Source of the DNA: Fidelibacterota bacterium
Lineage (GTDB): Bacteria; Fidelibacterota; Fidelibacteria; Fidelibacterales; Fidelibacteraceae
Direction: 5' to 3'
Length of the DNA stretch: 32,000 nucleotides
Assembly (NCBI GenBank): GCA_021157965.1
Contig: JAGGVO010000041.1
Span: forward strand, 224,119-256,118
The translations under genes and the position numbers were made by a program. Of the stretch, positions 26,881 to 32,000 are shown in pieces; within the stretch, counting starts at the first letter, position 1; every line of letters begins with the position of its first letter. Below the pieces are notes generated by a model, which did not search any database, was not told the origin of the DNA, and worked only from the letters and a program-made list of their open reading frames with translations.

Positions 26881-27571
26881 TGACAGGATGCGTTATAAAA
26901 CATTCGACAGAGACGGCTGGAAAATTATATACGCCTCCCTGCTTACGGGGATTCTGGCCTTTTTCCTCCTCTTTGTCAGTCGGGCGACCAATGAAGCGAC
27001 ATCCGTATTCAGTTTTTCAGACAATCTGACAGCCCGGATCGGCCGTCAGCTGGAGCAGATCAGGGAACGGGAAGGAATGGATTGGCTGTATATTGAAAAC
27101 ACAGGAACAAAAGGGATTAAAATTCTCATTCCCTCCCGGGTGGAAAACCAGCCCTTTTTTAATTCAGCATCGGATGAAATCAACCCCAATTTTTATCCCT
27201 ATCTGGCACAGCTTGTGAGTCTGATCAATGAAACCGACCTTCCCCTGCTGGAGGCGATGTACCGGGAACAGATTGCCCGGATTGAATCCTATGGATACTA
27301 CATCGATACGGATATCCGAATTGAAGGACATTCGGATCAGCAACCTATCCGAACACAACGGTTTTCGGATAATTGGGATCTGTCCACAGCCAGGGCTTAT
27401 CAGGTGATGCAATATCTGCAATACCGCCTGCCTGTGCCGGAGGATTATTTTTCGATTGCGGGATACGGCTCCTTTCATCCTTTGCACGATGTCAGAAACT
27501 GGGACGAGAACCGCCGGGTCGAAATCTATATTAAGGTGAATATGATAAACAGGCGGGGCGGAACATCATGA
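26873..27571 (+). CDS. MotB-like protein with OmpA domain, lacking the channel Asp
   Basis: TM IIYASLLTGILAFFLLFVS aligned to YSDIMTLLMTFF; IRIEGHSDQQPI...NWDLSTARAYQVMQYL...ENRRVEIYI. Confidence 0.85.
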   Translation: MTDDRMRYKTFDRDGWKIIYASLLTGILAFFLLFVSRATNEATSVFSFSDNLTARIGRQLEQIREREGMDWLYIENTGTKGIKILIPSRVENQPFFNSASDEINPNFYPYLAQLVSLINETDLPLLEAMYREQIARIESYGYYIDTDIRIEGHSDQQPIRTQRFSDNWDLSTARAYQVMQYLQYRLPVPEDYFSIAGYGSFHPLHDVRNWDENRRVEIYIKVNMINRRGGTS

Positions 27572-28272
27572 AACTTTTTTCCACACGGCAGGACACCTTG
27601 TCCAGTCGTGAAAGGGCTGTCCGCTCCGGGTGGATTCTCTCTTTTGGTGATATCATGACCCTTTTGCTGACATTTTTCATCATGATGATTGCCCGTCAGT
27701 CAGGTGAAATCAGCCGGATCCACCGGTGGACCCATGACCGGCTGCAAGAAACCGGCCGGGAAATCCGTTTAGCCATTGAAAAGCAGGATTTGTCAGCCTT
27801 TACTGTGAACTATCATTCAAAAGGCGTACAGATTACCATCAGCGGTGAATCGCTGTTTAATCCGGGAGAGGCAGAACCCCTTCCGGAGTTCAGGCGTCAA
27901 CTGACAGATCTGGCACATGCGATTCGCACTCTGGATATTCTGGATTTGACTCAAACGGAACATCGGCAGTTGCTTCGGGAATTGCGGGAAAACGGCCTGG
28001 CCTGGCAGGTGGAAATCCGCATAGAGGGACATACGGATAATGTCCCCTTAGGTCCTAATGTCCGGTTTAGGGACAACTGGGAATTGAGCGCCGCCCGGGC
28101 CCAGAGTGTGATGCGGATTCTACATCAGGAAACAGAAATTCCTGAGGAACGTTTTGCCGTGGCTGGCTTTGGTGAGTTCAACCCTGTGGCGTCCAACGAG
28201 ACTGAATCGGGGAGAAACCGGAACCGGCGTGTAGAAATCTATATTGATGCTTCCATTCAAAAAATTCAGTAA
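27568..28272 (+). CDS. MotB family protein with OmpA domain and channel Asp
   Basis: WILSFGDIMTLLLTFFIMMIARQ; IRIEGHTDNVPL...NWELSAARAQSVMRIL...NRRVEIYI. Confidence 0.92.
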   Translation: MKLFSTRQDTLSSRERAVRSGWILSFGDIMTLLLTFFIMMIARQSGEISRIHRWTHDRLQETGREIRLAIEKQDLSAFTVNYHSKGVQITISGESLFNPGEAEPLPEFRRQLTDLAHAIRTLDILDLTQTEHRQLLRELRENGLAWQVEIRIEGHTDNVPLGPNVRFRDNWELSAARAQSVMRILHQETEIPEERFAVAGFGEFNPVASNETESGRNRNRRVEIYIDASIQKIQ

Positions 28273-28326
28273 TCTATAGGCAGGTGATTTCGTACACTCT
28301 TCCAACAAAAACATATCGGGAGAATT

Positions 28327-29400
28327 ATGGAACTTGGATTCATCGGCGTTAAATTTTCCGGAAAAAGCACCCTTTTTGAACTTCTCACCGGGAATCATTT
28401 TGAAATCCTCCGGTCCGGTCTGGCGGAATCCCGGCGGGGAAGGGTGGTAGTTCCTGATCCTCGTGTGGATAACCTTTCTGACATTTTCAAGCCGAAGAAA
28501 ACGACGCATGCCACATTCAATTGCATTGATATCATGGGTATTCCGTCAGGGAACCGGCACGATACATCTTCAAAATATCTGGAAGCGGTTCGTCAGGTGG
28601 ATGGCCTGGTGGCGGTTGTCCGTGTTTTTGAAGGCTACGGGGATGACGGGAAACCTGTTACCATCAATCCTCCCGGTGAAATCCGGCATCTGGAAGAGGA
28701 AATACAATTTGCCGACCTGGTAGTTGCTGAAAGTCGCCTTGAGAAGGTGGAACATCTGAAACAGCGGGGAGCTCCCCAGTATGATAAACATGAACATGAA
28801 ATTCTGATACGGTGCAAAGAAGCGTTGGACGAGGGTCAGCCTATTCGTGAAATCCCTTTTACGGAGGAAGAAGAAAAGCGAATCCGGGGATTCCAGTTTT
28901 TGTCCGCCAAACCCCTCCTGGCAATTCTGAACTGCAGCGATACGTTGTACGAGAATCGGGACGCTTATATCCGGGAGGTGAAAGAAAAATTTCCGAATAT
29001 GGCTGTAACCGCTGTATCAGCCCTGTCAGAAAAGGAGATTCAGGAGCTGGAAGAAGATGATCGGGCGCTTTTCATGGAAGAACTGGGGATCGATGAACCG
29101 GCCATTCATCATGTCATCCGGGCGGCTTATGAAGGACTTGGACTTTTAAGTTTTTTTACAGTTGGAGAAGATGAGGTCAAAGCCTGGACACTCCGGCAGG
29201 GACTCACAGCACCTGCAGCAGCCGGTGTTATACACTCCGATCTGGAAAAGGGGTTTATCCGGGCGGAAGTCATTTCTTATGATGTGTTTATGGAAACCCA
29301 ATCCATGACAAAAGCGAAAGCGAATGGTCAGGTCCGCCTGGAGGGAAAAGACTATGTTGTACAGGATGGTGATATATTAAATATTCGATTTAACGTATAG
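28327..29400 (+). CDS. divergent YchF/OLA1-like GTPase with C-terminal TGS-like domain
   Basis: P-loop GVKFSGKSTLFELLTG; DIMG; RQVDGLVAVVRVFEG; C-term FFTVGEDEVKAWTLRQGLTAPAAAGVIHSDLEKGFIRAEVISYDVF...VQDGDILNIRFNV. Confidence 0.85.
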   Translation: MELGFIGVKFSGKSTLFELLTGNHFEILRSGLAESRRGRVVVPDPRVDNLSDIFKPKKTTHATFNCIDIMGIPSGNRHDTSSKYLEAVRQVDGLVAVVRVFEGYGDDGKPVTINPPGEIRHLEEEIQFADLVVAESRLEKVEHLKQRGAPQYDKHEHEILIRCKEALDEGQPIREIPFTEEEEKRIRGFQFLSAKPLLAILNCSDTLYENRDAYIREVKEKFPNMAVTAVSALSEKEIQELEEDDRALFMEELGIDEPAIHHVIRAAYEGLGLLSFFTVGEDEVKAWTLRQGLTAPAAAGVIHSDLEKGFIRAEVISYDVFMETQSMTKAKANGQVRLEGKDYVVQDGDILNIRFNV

Positions 29401-29408
29401 GATAAACC

Positions 29409-29858
29409 ATGGCCAGACCGCAAAAAAACAGGCATGTTAAAAATCCACCCCGTTTCAGACAGTTCAAACCCCTGGGAATTCCTTCGCGGCAACTGGATGA
29501 ACTTATTCTTTCCCTGGATGAATATGAAGCACTCCGGCTTGCAGACGGCGAGAGATATAACCAGTCCCGGGCGGCGGAGCTGATGGGCATTTCGCGTCCT
29601 ACCTTTACAAGACTGATCGAAAGCGCCAGGTATAAAATGGCGGAATTTCTAGAAAAAGGTCCTCTTCTCACGATCGACGGAGGTGCCGTTCACTTTCTGA
29701 AGGATCAGTGGTGGTGCCGGAAATGCGGCCATGCCTTCAGTGGCGAATTGGTAACCCATCCCGGTCAATGTCCCCAATGCGGCAGTACGGATCTCCACTC
29801 CCTGGCAGAAAGATACGGCCATGGAATATGTTGCCGGGAATCATCAAATTATTTTTAA
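29409..29858 (+). CDS. UPF0251/DUF134 family HTH protein with C-terminal zinc ribbon
   Basis: LDELILSLDEYEALRLADGERYNQSRAAELMGISRPTFTRLIESARYKMA; CRKCGHAF...CPQCGS. Confidence 0.88.
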   Translation: MARPQKNRHVKNPPRFRQFKPLGIPSRQLDELILSLDEYEALRLADGERYNQSRAAELMGISRPTFTRLIESARYKMAEFLEKGPLLTIDGGAVHFLKDQWWCRKCGHAFSGELVTHPGQCPQCGSTDLHSLAERYGHGICCRESSNYF

Positions 29859-30513
29859 AAAGCAGGAAGTTAACACCTCGATGCACCCGCTTTGTGGTCT
29901 GCCCGGTGACCGGAAAGATGGAAGATTGGATGAATGTAAGACAAAAAATCAGACACCATATATAATAATATTATTTTACATTAAGCTCGATTCCTGTGTA
30001 TTTTTCTCCCGGGGTAGTGGGCGATCACATCGCAGAATCCATATATCCGATTTCTCTTATTATCGTTATAGCAGACAATAGAAAATTCAATCAATCATAT
30101 CAATCTGACAATCTCTACCCCATAACGGGATTAACAATTCTCAGCTCTTTACTCAATTCAGAATTCCGGTATACCTCTCCTCAGTATCTAACAACATCAC
30201 GTTAGCATCCGTCAGGAATTGGGCCGTTTTCAGATCGGTGAATCGTTCCCAAATGTTTCCGCTGCATGGTTTGCCCGCCCAGGATCTGTATAGACAGGAT
30301 TATAAATATTTAATTGTTTTTTTCATTCTCTTTTTTGATTTATTTGGGATATAACCAGTTTTCATAAGCTTTGTTGTTGATGTAGTTCACGTGAAAAAGG
30401 AGGCCTGCCTTTAAATCTGTAAAATTTGTTTAATAAACGGCAGGAATCCCTTATTTTTAACAGTTATGATAACGAATCGTTTCAGGGAAGAAACACAGTG
30501 AGGTGTTGAAAAA

Positions 30514-30963
30514 ATGACTACATATCTTGAAAAAATTCAGCTTGATTTAAAGGACGCCATGAAAAAACGGGATGCCGTGCGTACCCGAACATTGCGAATG
30601 CTCCTATCCAAATTGAAAGAGAAACGCATTGAGGTGCTCCACGACCTGAAAGAAGAGGAAGAGTTGACGGTAATCCGGAAAGCAGCCAAAGAACGCCAGG
30701 ATTCTGCCCGGACTTATCAGGAGGCGGGCCGGACTGATTTGGCGGAAAAGGAAGAAGAGGAGTTGAAAATTATTGAAACGTACCTTCCTGCGGAAATGGA
30801 CGATGAAGCCATCCGTCAGATAGTCCGAAAAATTATCCGAAAAAGCGGGGCCGAAAGTATCCGGGATCTTGGAAAGGTTATGGGACCGGCCATGAAAGAA
30901 CTGACCGGCCGTGCAGACGGGAAACGGGTCCAAATAATAGTTCGGGAAGAACTGGGAGGTTAA
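30514..30963 (+). CDS. GatB/YqeY domain protein
   Basis: LDLKDAMKKRDAVRTRTLRMLLSKLKEK, ETYLPAEMDDEAI, MGPAMKELTGRADGKRV. Confidence 0.93.
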   Translation: MTTYLEKIQLDLKDAMKKRDAVRTRTLRMLLSKLKEKRIEVLHDLKEEEELTVIRKAAKERQDSARTYQEAGRTDLAEKEEEELKIIETYLPAEMDDEAIRQIVRKIIRKSGAESIRDLGKVMGPAMKELTGRADGKRVQIIVREELGG

Positions 30964-30964
30964 T

Positions 30965-31696
30965 ATGCACTGGATGGATATCCTGGCCATTATCATTGTT
31001 GCCTGGTTTGTAGTAAAAGACTATTTCAACGGATTGATTTTAAGCAGTTTCCGGCTGATTGGGCTGGTGCTGGGTATTATCATCGGATCAAATTACAGTG
31101 TGAGTGTGGGGAACGCCCTTTTTGGCCGTTTTGACTGGAATCCCACCCTGATCATGGCACTGGGATTTGTCGTCATTTTCCTCGGTGTTGTGATTATATC
31201 ACAGATTCTGGCCAACCTGATCCGGGCAGCTCTGAACCTTGTCCTTTTAGGCTGGGTGGATAAACTGGGTGGTATTGCCCTGGGCGTTTTAAAGGCCGTG
31301 ATTGTCCTGAGTGTTATTTTCTGGATTTTTGATCTGATGCCCAACAATAACTGGGTTCCTAAAATTAAACAGAATGCTAAAAGTTATGAACTTCTTGAAC
31401 GCGTTGTTCCTGTGGTTCATAAAACCCTCATTGAACCCTTTTTTGATGAAGGCAAACTTCGTCAGCAGTTGAATAACAGAGTCCGGGAGGATATTCTGCC
31501 GGCAATCCAGGGTACGACAGAGGAATTTGCCAGGCACCTTCGCCAGATGGATGCTTTTGATTTTCAGGAACAGCAGTATCTTGTGGAAAATTTTAAGAAA
31601 CTGCCCCTGCCTGAGCGAAAAGAGATTATGCTGAAATTAAAAAAGGGGGGACAGGAAATGCGTGAAGCCATAGAACGATTGAACCAGGGATTATGA
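30965..31696 (+). CDS. CvpA family membrane protein
   Basis: MDILAIIIVAWFVVKDYFNGLILSSFRLIGLVLGIIIG; LGWVDKLGGIALGVLKAVIVLSVIFWIF. Confidence 0.85.
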   Translation: MHWMDILAIIIVAWFVVKDYFNGLILSSFRLIGLVLGIIIGSNYSVSVGNALFGRFDWNPTLIMALGFVVIFLGVVIISQILANLIRAALNLVLLGWVDKLGGIALGVLKAVIVLSVIFWIFDLMPNNNWVPKIKQNAKSYELLERVVPVVHKTLIEPFFDEGKLRQQLNNRVREDILPAIQGTTEEFARHLRQMDAFDFQEQQYLVENFKKLPLPERKEIMLKLKKGGQEMREAIERLNQGL

Positions 31697-31703
31697 CAGG
31701 ATT

Positions 31704-32000
31704 ATGATACACCCCGAAGCGGTCCTGGGGTTTGACCGGGTCCGGCGTCTTCTCCGGGCGGAGACCTTTACGGAAAAGGCCGGTGACCTGGCAGGTAATT
31801 TGCATTCTTTCCAACCTCCTGAAACCTTCCGGAAAACACAGGATTTAATCCTCGAAATGCGGGATCTCATTGCCCTGGATACGGCACTTCCCCTCTCCGG
31901 TTTCAGCGATCAGATCCATATTTTTAAACGTGCAGCTGTACAGGGAACGGCCTTATCGGGTGAAGAGCTCTTCACGCTGGGATCCATTCTTCAAACCGGC
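31704..32000 (+). CDS. mutS2: endonuclease MutS2, N-terminal part (truncated by the window end)
   Basis: ATG 31704: MIHPEAVLGFDRVRRLLRAETFTEKAGDL...TFRKTQDLILEMRDLIAL... resembles the MutS2 N-terminus; open to window end; follows cvpA-like gene. Confidence 0.7.
   Translation, partial: MIHPEAVLGFDRVRRLLRAETFTEKAGDLAGNLHSFQPPETFRKTQDLILEMRDLIALDTALPLSGFSDQIHIFKRAAVQGTALSGEELFTLGSILQTG

Noticed and set aside
26873-27571. Pseudogene call for the Asp-less MotB-like gene
   Set aside because: Intact frame, 4-8 nt overlaps with both neighbours and a well-conserved OmpA domain argue for a functional protein.
30404-30456. CCTGCC...GGCAGG inverted repeat upstream of yqeY
   Set aside because: Only 6-bp arms separated by over 30 nt; weak and expected by chance.
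1-32000. CRISPR array, tRNA, rRNA, IS element or prophage
   Set aside because: No regularly spaced direct repeats, tRNA/rRNA-like sequence, transposase or integrase ORFs noticed on either strand.

Overview
Gram-negative-type bacterial chromosomal window with two opposing blocks and no rRNA, tRNA, CRISPR or transposase detected. (A) Minus strand, ~10.07 kb down to 0: yjbQ-like gene, then a tightly overlapping run encoding the complete shikimate pathway (AroQ-class chorismate mutase, DAHP synthase, TyrA fused to a prephenate-dehydratase-like domain, AroA, AroE, AroC, AroK, AroB, type II dehydroquinase), then a TlpA/ResA-like thioredoxin lipoprotein, a CPBP protease and a small membrane protein. 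(B) Plus strand, 10.2 kb to the end: bacterial eRF1/Vms1-like (baeRF) protein; two lipoproteins, a YbgF-like TPR protein and a barrel/TPR protein; then MotA, MotB, a FliF-like protein and a FliG-like protein in a terminator-bounded cluster with no other flagellar genes. After this come a ferritin-like protein, PlsC, SixA, an unknown protein, an outer-membrane-like protein, a GAF/HD-GYP protein, an AMP-binding-like apparent pseudoenzyme, and a second stator cassette: MotA plus two different MotB-like proteins, one of which lacks the channel Asp. The end carries a YchF-like GTPase, UPF0251, a 650-bp unexplained gap, YqeY, CvpA and the start of MutS2. The main candidate novelty is a non-flagellar FliF/FliG-type rotor with MotAB stators. 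The FliF C-tail that binds FliG and the FliG torque-helix charges look retained, while the FliG EHPQR (FliM-binding) motif looks lost. All homology calls are from motif recognition by eye; no searches were run.
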